DNA of 62,717 bases, filler included, from Choristocarpus tenellus KU-1152 (taxonomy: Eukaryota > Protista > Phaeophyceae), in NCBI GenBank assembly GCA_964200185.2. It is 12 parts of 12 records of this genome, joined end to end, with 100 filler letters (N's around TTAATTAATTAA, not from the genome) between each part and the next. Parts side by side here need not be neighbours in the genome. Positions count along the whole stretch, not along the records: positions 36,620 to 41,922 come from CAXNAD020011218.1; positions 42,023 to 45,494 come from CAXNAD020019808.1; positions 45,595 to 48,147 come from CAXNAD020026830.1; positions 48,248 to 56,952 come from CAXNAD020004425.1; 8 more parts are not named here. One strand, given 5' to 3'. Below the pieces are notes generated by a model. The model made no database searches and was not told the DNA's origin. It worked only from the letters and a program-made list of their open reading frames with translations. The number at the start of each line of letters is the position of its first letter. The first letter of the stretch is position 1. This document shows, piece by piece, positions 36,922-49,059 of the stretch. A program made the translations under genes and the position numbers.

Positions 36922-39409
36922 GACCGTTCGTGCAGTTTGGCAGAGGGACAAGGAGGGATACTGCTGGATTATCAGTGACAGTGGACCTTTTGTTACCTCC
37001 ACCTCAACAAGTCGGAGAGATTCCCAAGACAAAGGAGTAGTCCACAATGTTTCCACTTCTGCCGAGGGCAGTGCTGAGCAATGCAAGAAATCTTGCAAGG
37101 ATAGGAGAGCAGGACGAACCAGCACATGTAGCATGGGTAAGACAAGATTGACCAGAATGACCAACCCTAACCCTAACCCCCCCTGGTGAGAGGGGAAGTT
37201 CTCTGATGGGTAGTCATGAACGCCTCTGTTGGCGGCAACAGTGGGGGGAGTATGGAAATACATAGGGGGAGATGCTAGCCAGGGAAATGGATGACATCTG
37301 GCACTAAGTACGATAGTTTCTCAGTCCCCTCAGCTCTAGGCACCGGATCAATTGCTTGATAATAGTGCAAAGAAGGATGTGGAGAAGGATTTGCACTGCA
37401 TCATTTCAAGGGCCCTAACCATTACTGATGAATGAGAGGAAATGAGGTACTTGTGAGTGAAGGGGGAAATGGAAAAATTGGAGAAGATCCTGATAAAAAA
37501 ATTCTGGAAATAGCGTTAAAGAGATCTCTTACTTCTTCACCCCTCTACCTCCTTCAAAGTGGCTTCAGTCTCCTCCTCACATATTTTCCTTCAGCCGCAG
37601 CAGGAGGCGGGCTGATATGTTCATCCCTACCCTGCTGTGAGAGGACTGGCAATCTCAAGAGTGCTGGGTGTTGTAGCAACTTGTTGTGCCTGGGGATGAT
37701 GTCTACTCCAAAGTACACCACAAGATGATGCAAGCACTGGAAGCCTGTGGTAGCCTGTTAAGCAATATCAGCTCTCACGTTATTGTTTTGTTTATAACAG
37801 TCCAGTCTACTTCATCTAGTTCCTTGCCCCGGGCTCCTCTCCAACCTGAACTTCATCTGTTCAAACCAATATCTCCAACCTCAACCAAGTCCCTACTCCC
37901 CCTCCTGTCCTCTTCAAAATGTAATGAGCCAGTACAAAGCTTCGGGACGTCAGGGTGGGGCAGGCCTAAGGCTATGGTGGCTGAGCTGGCGAGTGCACTG
38001 GGATCTGTTTTGACCATCCCCCTTGTTGAACTTGCTGCAGACCTCATTCAAGACGCAGGAGGCACTTGGTGGCTCACGCAGGTAGACAGTGCGATAAATT
38101 AGACTATAGACGTGGTGGAGTTGATGATTTTGTTGATTTTTAGTGGGTGAAAGCAGAGGAAGACAAGTATGCAAATTAGAGAGCAGGAGGGGCTAGTGGT
38201 TGGATTACTTGCTAATGTGAAGCTGGCTCGGAAGGTGGACACCGGAGGAGGAGTGAAAAACGTAAGGCATATGGCATTCCTCATGGAGATGGAGTGATAG
38301 TTGAGGTGGTATTTTGTAGAGTCACAGCATGCTGCGCTACCACAACAAGTGGGTTTGGTCTCTTGTCTAACTGTCTGTCTGTCTGTCTGTCTGTGTGTAT
38401 GAAAACATCGAATGTAATAGCACATGCTCTTTTGAACAAGCATGAATTCTGATAACTTTGTCTGTGATATCAATATATTAGACCACCTTTACTATAGACA
38501 CGTACCATACGGGAATAAATACACTCTACCAAAGCATGAGAGTACCAACGTTTGACTACTGAATGGGCGTCCAGTACTAGGATACAAAAATTCGCAACTA
38601 CCCAACCTTAACCTCTATTGACTGCCAGCATGAAAGCCTATACACCCATGAACCCAAATCCCCTTGCAAAGGGACAGCACACCATTTGTGTCAACTTCAG
38701 ATGCTACCTGCAAATGCTGTGAATATTTATTTATCACTGCAGCAAACTGCAACCATGATCCCCCTCACAACTGTCATCACCCACCAAGCTGAATGTGTAC
38801 TATACCTAGTGCCAACCGCTACCTCCCACTGCCAATACTCTCCTCCCTCCACAGGTAAAGGCTTTCCGCTTCCAGGTCACTCCAAATGGAAAACCCTTTC
38901 CCAAGTCTGAGGTCTCAGCCAACAAGGCTCTACCACAGCCCTATGTTGTGGATGATCCATGCTTCCCCAAATATTCCTGCAAAAGAAAGTTGATTCCATT
39001 CCATGCAAATCTCCCTTCACATGGTGTAGTGGTCCCTGAAACATCTGGCATTTCTGAAACAGCCAAGATGGTCCCAAGCCCCAATATGGGAGTGGTGGAA
39101 GGAGCAGTTGGCAAGGTGGAGATCTCTCAAGGCACTAGGGCTAGATCTTGGTCTGGATCCAGGGCAAAGGTGAAGGCTGGGGGAGGGGGCAGGGGGATTA
39201 TTGGTTGCCCAGGGCGTTACTGCTTTCTAGGGAGGGGGGTGCCAGCTGGGCAGGCAGAGGGGCAAGACAAATGCCATGTGGGAGGATTGAGTGGTGAAAG
39301 TGAAGATAAGGAATCACAGAATGAAGAGACTGGGAATGTTTGGACAGGAGGGGCTGCAGCTGGGGCAGTGCCAGGAAAAAAAAGAAAGTGGTGTGAACTC
39401 CCACTCAAG
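36922..39409 (+). CDS. Internal exons of an uncharacterised protein (36922-37136, 37801-38081, 38855-39409)
   Basis: Canonical splice sites with matching phases (1, then 0). Conserved-looking blocks TVRAVWQRD..YCWIIS, ELAADLIQDAGGTWWLTQ|VKAF and CPGRYC are separated by low-complexity linkers. Additional exons are possible. Confidence 0.65.
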
Positions 39410-39463
39410 GTATGAGAGTAAGGGTTAAATTCAAAGGGAAATCTAATTTGTGGATTGATGATG

Positions 39464-39502
<39 letters not shown>

Positions 39503-39880
39503 ATGTGTGTATCGAAGGATCCAGTTGGTGGATAGTTAGTAGTACTGTTAATGTAATAGCAGTGTGCTAGACCGTGACATACAGTGTAGAAGGTATAGCG
39601 CCATCATTGACAAAAAATAGAACCCTTCTTCGTGCCTCGTCTATGTGAGGTGCAGCTGTTTCAGAGTTGATTGATACAGTGAGGATGACTTCTCCACATC
39701 GCCGCCAATACTACATTGGAATGGAGACCTGGACAAAGGTCCCAGCGCTCTAGAGTTTCAAAGTCCTAGGTATATTTTCTGGGCTTGATAGATCAGTAAA
39801 AAGTGCCCATGTGTGTGTCTCATTTGAACCCTTTATGTTTCCATACTATGATGTTTTGTGGGAGGTTGTGGGCACCCATT

Positions 39881-40420
39881 GAGCCAAAATTGAGAGGTTG
39901 GCAAGGTTGCATTTTTAGGGTCCTGACAAAGAGCAAAGAGTTGTCATTTGGTACAATTACAGGAAGAACCCTTGCTGAATTGTGGTGTCACTTTGTGTGT
40001 GGGAAGGGGGAATATCAATTTTGTGTACACTATTTTTCACTTACAGCAATGAAACAGGGTGTATTGCACAGGTCCATAGCATTTCAGAGGGTAGGTGTTT
40101 ACCCCTGTTTGTCCATTTGGGGCTTGGCTTCCCATGACTTTTTTATGCCCTTTTTTCGGTTTTCTGTGAATACAGTTCCTACTCCAAACCATTTTGGAGT
40201 AGGTAAAATGTCCACGGCTATGAAAGGTGTGTCTGGAGCAAGGATATCGACACTTCTTAACAAACACGGTAACCAAAATTACATCAAAATCACAACATTG
40301 GATTTATGACCCCGAATGGACGCGGCCCTACTCCCTGAAATGCTTAGGATCACACAGTAACAAAGATGGCGGAAAAAGAAAAAGGGCCCAAACCTGATTA
40401 CCTCTCAATCACTTTGGTTC
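39881..40420. mobile_element. MITE family C containing a nested family A copy (40071-40350)
   Basis: Outer TIRs GAGCCAAAATTGAGAGG / CCTCTCAATCACTTTGGTTC; the inner copy is flanked by CACA/CACA. Confidence 0.85.
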
Positions 40421-42106
40421 ATAGCCAACCCATATACTGGTACAGGCTACATCTTTTTCTGGCCCTGATCCAGCTGCTCCTCATGTGGGTTTACTTGGCA
40501 CACAGGCACTACTCCTGGACGAGGGTGTGGAGAGGATGAGACTGATATCTCAACTGCAGTTGAATGGGGGCAAGCGATCAGAGGGCGCCTTGCCAAGGCA
40601 TAGGGGGGGTGGCCTGTGGAGGATGGAGGACAAGGTTTTGGCTAGCTTGAAGAAGAGAGACTGGGTAGGTCAGGGAGGGACTGGAAGAGGCAGGGAGCTG
40701 GGGGGGGGGGGGGGTATTGAATTTGAGCTCTTGCTTTGGAGAGGTGAAGGTGAATATTGTGTAGGTACTGAGAGCGGGTCATTGGCATGGCAATAGGTAG
40801 TAGTCCGTACTTTGGAGTTATGGTTAGGGTTAGGGTTAGGTTTTAGTTCTTGCCCAGGGCCTGGGAGGAAGTGCTAGAGAGTTTGGAGATGGGGGCTAAG
40901 GATTGATATTTTAGTCTCCATTGCATAATTCTTGTAAAGGTTTAATGTTGTGTAGTATACAGTAGTTTGGATTTTGGGGTGTATGTAGTGCCAGCCATGT
41001 ATAGTCACATGCACACACATGCAGCATCTCACCAAGTAGATACAATGGAGCCTTCAAAGTATCACCGAGGCTAGAACAACTGGTGGGTGTTGTACACGTG
41101 AAAATATTGATGTTGAGATAAAGTGATCAAATTGTGATCAAATTGTGCTGTGTACTATCATATTGAACGATAATAGTATTCGCAATAGCAAAAAATATAT
41201 ATGATAACCGCAGGGTGTAAAGAGCTTTTCGGGATAAGACCCTATTGGCTCAGTATTTTCGCTGAGAAAAGTGCTCATTCTCGTCCACGTCCCTGACCAC
41301 TGTCCATGTTATTATTATTTATTTTGGAGTGTACCAAGAGATATCAACAGTGTCAATTCTATTTCCGTACTCTCTTCAATCTTGGTTTTTGTCTCATACT
41401 AAGCTATTATTATGGCTGATATTCCTCTCAAGGAAGTAAGATGGCATTATTGATATGCCGTTACCCCTGGTATCCCTGCGATTCACTTTTCAATTGTTAT
41501 TAATATTATTATTATTATAGTATTTCATCCAGAATTATACAGTATCATAGTTTTCCTCTTCATTAGTTGTGTTTAAAGCCGTGTTAGTCGCCTCGCCTGT
41601 TGAATGATATCTCACAATTAAAAATGAAAATAGAGCATAGAGTCATTTAGAGTGAAAGTAAGCAAGAGGGACCCAGAGTTTATTTTTCTGATGCTGACAA
41701 ATATTTGGAAACGTTGACTGTTTTTTTACAGTTGTGCACAGGAAATTTTGGTTCAAAGTATCTGGAGGGGGGGGGTGGCGGCTGTCCATTTGGAGTCAAT
41801 TTTTTCATGTCGTGATTTTTGTGTGATTTGGTTGCATACGTCGGATGAATAATGTAAATGCACGTTTTCTGATTTTGGTCCAAATGGATACCCTGGTGTA
41901 GACCCGACCCCCCCCCCCCGCCNNNNNNNNNNNNNNNNNNNNNNNNNNNNNNNNNNNNNNNNNNNNTTAATTAATTAANNNNNNNNNNNNNNNNNNNNNN
42001 NNNNNNNNNNNNNNNNNNNNNNACGAAGGGATGTGTGTGAAGGGTGCTGGAGATCGTAGCATTGCGCTCAAAGTGAAAGAGAGGAGAGAGAGGAGAGAGA
42101 GGAGAG

Positions 42107-42142
<36 letters not shown>

Positions 42143-43019
42143 ACATCGGGAAGATTCGAGAAGAGGATTTGGAGCAGTCGAGTGTGTGAATCCCTGGGCA
42201 GCATACTATTATTCCCATTAAAAAAAAAAATTATTATTTTTTTGTTTTTACTTTTTTTTTCTTGGTATGACTTTTTGCAGGCTATTTGAACCCGCAGTTT
42301 CCAACGTAAGCAGAGAGTCGAAGTATCCTAGAGGGGGGGTGGGGGGAGGGTTGTTGTTTGTGAAGGACTCTCTGCAAGTTTGTTTCTTACTTACATCTGT
42401 ACGTACCTACATCCTACGGCCCGGTGACAAAATGTCGATCCACACGCACGAGCTCCTAATGGGGTGTACTTGAGTTTGGGTTATATTCTAATGGGACGTC
42501 AAACATAGCATTTTTACGCTCCTTTTAATGAAAACAATGAAAAGACCGGAGTAGGATGCTTTGGCTCAAATGCAGAGAGTGCTTGCTCTATTTGAACTAT
42601 CATCGGGTTTACATTTTGATAGTTTAGTCCTCTGAGTATTACACAGCAGTGTATTTATTCTTCACACGAAAAACCCCCAACTCTGTACACCTTGATAGGC
42701 GTTTTTGATGTGTAGTAAAATAGAGGCCAGAGGGAAAAAAAAGGCCCAAATCTCGCCCTATTGTTGTTCAGGAGGACACTCAAGTTGTCTATGGTAATGG
42801 ATCGGGTCATTCATTTGCCTTCCTGTTGTGGGTCCATCGCAGAGCTAGTACGTGACTATTTACCTCAAAAGTTTTTTTTTTTGATGCAGTTTTTTTTTCT
42901 TCTTCCTAGTAGTCTCTGCTCGCGCCTCACTCATCATGCCCGCGCAAACCTGTTCTCCCTTTCTTTTCTTTTCTTTTTTTTTATTAACCTTTGGGCGATT
43001 AAAAAATAAATAATTACAG

Positions 43020-43513
43020 GGCTAAACTGGGGCCTGTTTGATGGACCGGAGCCATGGGGAGATATTTGTCAAGTCGTTGGCCCCTCGATCCTTTCCTGTG
43101 TTTGCCGTAAGTTGGCCTCCAACTATTGGGCGTGGCGGCATGGCCTGCCAGACCTCTTCCTGTGGAAGAGGGGGGAGGGGGTTACTGGGGGTGAGGATAA
43201 TAGTGAGGGAGTATTGTCAGGTGGTAGTGGCGATGATGGTTATGGGGGTGGACAGGGTGATACAGGGGCATCAGTTGGACAGGATGATGTTCAAGGTGGG
43301 GTCAAGGGTCCGGATGGCAATGAGGACCACCCAGCTGAGGTTGAGCCAGGGGCATGCAAGTGGATAGAGGTAAAAGGACCCGGGGACAGCCTGAGCTGTT
43401 TTCAAGAGGCATGGATCGATGTCCTGGTGGGGGCAGGCGCAGACTTCACTGTCCTTTGGGTGGAAGATGGTGCACAAGAAGCGGGAGGAAGGACAGCCTT
43501 GGGTTGTCCTTGA
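43020..43513 (+). CDS. FAN1: Fanconi-associated nuclease 1-like protein, terminal exon (VRR-NUC domain)
   Basis: Acceptor TACAG|G at 43019/20. The frame is open: LNWGLFDG...ICQVVGPSILSCVCRKLASNYWAWRHGLPDLFLW...WIEVKGPGDSLSCFQEAWIDVLVGAG, matching the PD-(D/E)xK VRR-NUC signature. Stop at 43511-43513. Confidence 0.88.
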
Positions 43514-43981
43514 GAACAGGTCCACGGGGTTACATTACAGCTGTGAATCCAACTTTGATTACATTGATTACTGTAGCATATACTGTTGGGTATTATGGGG
43601 TAGGGGGTTGGCAATAGTGAGGGAGCATTGTGAGATGCATGGTTTGATTCCTTGGTTCACAGGATACTCAAAAGGTCTCTGTTTTTTCTCAGAATTGGAC
43701 AGGACCAGTTAATTAGAGCTGCACACTTCCTCACGGGATGAGGTCTATAGATACACATTTATGTATCATGTGTGTACGTATGTGTGTGTAGTTCTCCTCA
43801 TACACTGTTGAAGCATTCCAGTAGTTGAGGTTGTTGGGAAAACCTATTGCCAAGTTTTTTTTTTGTCAAATAGCTGTTGTATGTCATATTCCGTCATACT
43901 GATTGAGGTTATCTTCTGAGAACTTCGACACAAATGTATGGTGGATTTTTGGAGGGATAGATTTTCGTGTCTTTTGTAACA

Positions 43982-44241
43982 AAGCCAAAGTATCTTAGAG
44001 GGTAGAGCCGCGTCCGTTTGGGGGCCAAAATCCAATGTTGCAGTTTCTATGTAATTTTGGCTATCATGTTGTTAGGAGATGTCAATATCCTTGTTCCGGA
44101 CACACCTTTTCATAACGTATACATTTTAACTACTCCGAAACATTTTGGAGTAGGCAAAATGTAATTAAAAACCTGTGAGAAGTCAAACCCCAATAATGGA
44201 CAAACAGGGAAAAACTCGTACCCTCTAAGATATTTTCGCTC
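43982..44241. mobile_element. MITE family A
   Basis: AAGCCAAAGTATCTTAGAGGGTA...TACCCTCTAAGATATTTTCGCTC, flanked by AACA/AACA. Confidence 0.88.
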
Positions 44242-46034
44242 AACATCCCTTTATGAGTATGCTTTTTCCGAAGGCGGATCTCCAATCTCTGAAGGGTTTC
44301 TTTTCTGAAACCATCCGAACCGTGTGATCCTCCCCACTTCCTCAGTTCCATTCTTTTCCCTGTAATTCCTTGCAGTTTTGGACTTGTCCAACCTTAACCT
44401 CGTCTCTCGGTTACGGTTCGTATTGATCCGTCTTGTGCGGTGATTCTCTTCACCACCCTTGCCTGAAAGAACCACGCCGCCACAGAATCACACCATTAAT
44501 ACCTTACTGTGTATATTCACGCATTCACACCATCACCAGACCGCCCAATTATTACTTTTTGGTTATTGTTTTCTGCAACTTAGAGCTCAAATTGGGTTAG
44601 ATTGCAGATCCCATTGCTTCTACTCCAGATAAGGTTTACTAAAAGGTGACTGCTCCTTTTCTTTGCTGAGGAACATACCATGGACTCTCTGTACTGTGCC
44701 ATCAGAGTTCAATTGGCAAACACCAGGTCAGATGGGAACAGGGGAGACTTTGAACTGACGATCCCTCCAAATTGGGGAGGGGGGTAGAGCGAGGATCACA
44801 AGAGCCCACTCTCGCCATGTAACCATGGTGATGTCTGTCTTGTGAGACAACTTGTTGATGTGTATGCTTACAATACTAGTGTGAGAACATTCATTGGCCC
44901 TTCTCTATGAGTATGGGTTCTGCTTTTTATTATTTTCTGTGTCAATTTCGCATATTCATTCGTGTACCTCCCTCCTCCCTGATATCGTCATGGAGCACAA
45001 ACCCCACTGATTTTAAAATTCTCACTCTCAACTCAAAGACATGGACACACAGATACACAAATATATACCCGAGAGTAGTCAAAGTACACTCTATGTATGT
45101 ATGTATGTTAATGTGTATGTGTGTATGTGTGTGTATGTATTACGTACGTATGGCGGCAATAACAGGCAACACATTTTCCACCCGTCAAACTCGTGTTCCA
45201 TGCTGCAAACTCAGAACAAAAGTGCAGCAATAGCAGTTATCTTCTATCTCGATTACTGTTTTTCTTAGGGATAAGCATGTTGGTTGGAGGGAGACATATT
45301 TTGCTACATGTAGCTGGGCCTTGGGTTGATGAACATGAATACACGTAGAAAGTGTGGCTCAAAGTATATGGGAGGGGGTGGCGGCTGTCCATACGGGGCC
45401 CATTTTTCCGTGTCGCAATTTTTGGGTGATTTGGTTGCATGCATCGGATAACAGTGGATTCGCAAAATTGAGGATGGAGCGGGACTATGAGGATNNNNNN
45501 NNNNNNNNNNNNNNNNNNNNNNNNNNNNNNNNNNNNNNTTAATTAATTAANNNNNNNNNNNNNNNNNNNNNNNNNNNNNNNNNNNNNNNNNNNNCCAAAA
45601 AAAAAAAAAAATCACACAACCAACTCACCACAAAACACAGTGCTCTAAGGAGGTGGGGCAGAGTTCGACCGGCGGATTAGAATTGAAGATAGGAAACGAA
45701 CACAACTCAAAAACAGAAAAAAAATCTGACACAGATGCACATTGACTCAACAATAAAAACATAAATTCTCCTACATACACATCAAATATAAATTTTAAAT
45801 GTTCAACCAACAAATAAGATTTTTCTTTTAAACCTCGTTTTGTTCTGCAACACCTACAACAACATAAACAGCAACAAAAAATGCAAAACGTTTCAACCCG
45901 CCGCACAATATATATCAACTATTTCCCACCCATGTATCACACATACCCCACATATGTACTATTCCATACTCAAAATAGCACACTTCACGTGTGCTATATT
46001 ACAACCCTCTATATATGTCAACAGGCATAATAAT

Positions 46035-46275
46035 TCAACATCAACACCAACAGTAACACACTAACATGAACAGTAACATCAACACCAAAACACCATCAAC
46101 AGTAACACACCAATATCAACACACCAACAGTAACAGTAACATCAACACATCAACAGTAACACACCAATACCAACACATCAACACACCAACAGTAACAGTA
46201 ACATCAACACACCAACACCAACACAAACACACCAACAGTAACATCAACACCATTATCAAGACCAACACCAACACA
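46035..46275. repeat. Cryptic CA-rich minisatellite (CAACAC / AACAGT / AACATC modules)
   Basis: Direct reading; intronic. Confidence 0.8.
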
Positions 46276-46293
46276 CAGCAAAGTAAGTTATAC

Positions 46294-47449
46294 CTGACAG
46301 ATAGACTTGTCGGAAAGCTTCTCAATAAACGCAGGACGACACGCATCGTCAACATTTCCCGTACCCAGCTGCCCGTGATTGTTCCTGTGGAGTGAATAGC
46401 CCCCGAAAAAAGGGTTAAGAGCTAGATTTAGAGGGTAGGGTTTCTAACCCCGAGGGTCAACGCCTAAAGGGAGTGGAACTCAGCCCGGGCTGGAAAAAAA
46501 AAGTCTTGGCAAAAAAAAATAACATACTGTCACAATCCCTTACTGAATCATTCATTCGAAAAAAAAAAACAGAGAGGGATGAGGGACAGAGTGACAGAGT
46601 GACAGAGTGACACACACACACACACACATGTGACAATTGTGGCAATGCAGGCAGGCAGGGGGGAATGAAAGGGGGATTAGTTTAAATATTTCAGGAATAA
46701 TAAAATAAACGAAATCATGAAGATAACAAAAATAGTTGAAAAAAAAAACAGGAAGCAATTGTCTTTTTACGTCCATAGATCGATTTCATTCCTTTTAAAA
46801 TAAAACAAAAGAAGTAATCATATTTATTGTTATTTATTGTCGTAAATTTCCATCACTGTAACATGGCGGTCCTTGCATACACACATTATTAACCCATCCC
46901 CTATTACTTCAATCCCCATCTAACCCAAACCCTAACCCTAACCTTCAGAAACACCTTTCGCTACGCACTTTAGAAAACTGTTGATCAGAAGTCCAATATA
47001 TATTTTTAATATATTCTAATCATGCCCTTGCAATAATAGCACAACCCAGCTCTAACCCCCCCTCCACACTCTCTAACAAAAAATAACTTCCAAAAAAACA
47101 AGAGGCAACCCTCTCCCCCACCTCCACAAAACAAATCACTCAACCAAAGGGCGAATCTTCAACTACCCAAGAAAATAGCAGTTACATCTTCAACGAATTA
47201 GTCACCGGAAGGTAGTCCCTAATACGTCACATATATTTTCCTCGTTATCCCTACCCCCCCCCCCCACAACATGCACATGAACTGGAAAGGTAAAAAAAAG
47301 GTAAAAGAAAGGTAAAAAAAAGGTAAGTGAGTCCAAACCTGCCAAAGGGATAGACCAAGCCCTCCTTGCTAAGTGTGATGGTGTGGTAGCACCCACACGC
47401 CACTTGAATGATATGCTTCCCACGGAGATCATTGACCAGCGTTGGTCGC
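46294..47449 (-). CDS. RCC1-repeat protein, two internal exons (47449-47339, 46384-46294)
   Basis: Spliced peptide RPTLVNDLRGKHIIQVACGCYHTITLSKEGLVYPFG|RNNHGQLGTGNVDDACRPAFIEKLSDKSICQ; canonical GT-AG sites, with a phase 2 match. Confidence 0.9.
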
Positions 47450-49059
47450 CTGAGAATATAAAATGAGAATTTGAATAAAATTTAAACAAAATTTAAAAAG
47501 AAGGGGGGGGGAGGGATTCCTCCCAATTGATGTCACAATCACTTAAAAAACGATTTGAGTGCTTTTTTTTGTAGGTCGTTACTACTTCTACTACCAATTG
47601 TTTACGTTATACAGTGTACCGATTTTTTTTTAATTGCAATATTTTATTAATTCTTTTAGACACCTGAAGGACAATGTAATCAATCGCACAGAGCTATCGA
47701 AATATTAATATTCTCATAATGTTGGTGTTTTTAAAAACCTTTTCACCACAATATCTTCATTTCCAGAATATATTTTTTTTTTAAATATTTTCACCCTACT
47801 CTACGGTGTAAGGATGATCAACAAAATAAAATATATTAACTTTTTTTTTTAAACATCAATAGTTATATTCGTTCAATTTATTTCACAAAGAGCACGGTTA
47901 CATTGTAATCAATATATGTAATCAATAGCTGCAATCACTAGCTGTATGTAATCTGGGGTCAAGGAAAAAAAAATTAAAGACAACGAACTTAATAAACAAA
48001 TCATCATTCAAGAGAATAAACACCACCTACAACCATAAAAAATAATTGATTACACCACAACAATGATCACCTATTTACTTAAATAAAGAGTGGGAACAAC
48101 TTGTACCAGGGTCAGTTATGTGGGGTAAGGGTACAAACTGAGAGGGGNNNNNNNNNNNNNNNNNNNNNNNNNNNNNNNNNNNNNNNNNNNNTTAATTAAT
48201 TAANNNNNNNNNNNNNNNNNNNNNNNNNNNNNNNNNNNNNNNNNNNNCCAACCTTTCGGGGGGGGGGGGGGGTCTACACCAGGGTGTCCATTTGGGGCAT
48301 TACCAGGAAAAGTGCACTTATATTACCCATCCGGCGTATGCGACCAAATCACCCAAAAATCGCGACATGAAAAATTGAACCCAAATGGACGGTAACCCCC
48401 CCCCCAGATACTTTGAGCCTAACCCTTACCTTAAATTAACTATTAACTATTAAACATTAACCAGAGGTCCACACTGCAGTAGCTTTCACACCACAGTAAA
48501 CTATACCAAGGTACTGAGTTGGAATGTGACACAGTTACGCTCCAATCATAAAGTTAAAAAAAAACAAATAGAAAAAGAGAATGTATCGTGGCTGCCCATT
48601 ACACACACAAGAAATCTACAATTTTCCAACCCCAACCCCAACCTTAACCCTAACCATAACCCTAACCCTGGCAGACACCTTTTGATGATAACATACTGAC
48701 ATTGACAGTGACGGAAGGATTGCTATTGTAGTACAGATAGGTTCAACTACCACTATACAACAGCACAATGGCAGAGTGAGAAAACAAGAGATGAAATTTG
48801 TGATAAGATTTTCTTTTGAAAAAAAATAATAGTCAAAATAAAAAAAAGAATCGGAGCAACGATTCGAGTGCTTGTATCCTTCATTAGTTAAATACTGACA
48901 TTCCTTGGTTCTTTCAACTGAGTGGATTCCTGAAAAAATCAGAACTAGTAGCTACTACAAATTACTACAAAAAAAACATATAGAGCTAGGGCTAGGGTTA
49001 TCACCCCCTGCCCTCTCCATGTTCTCAACTTATGTTGTGTGGTGGAGGGATTTCCTCAC

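Noticed and set aside
46066-46395. Asn/Thr/His-rich ORFs
   Set aside because: They arise from an intronic cryptic repeat; the true coding part is the minus-strand RCC1 exon.
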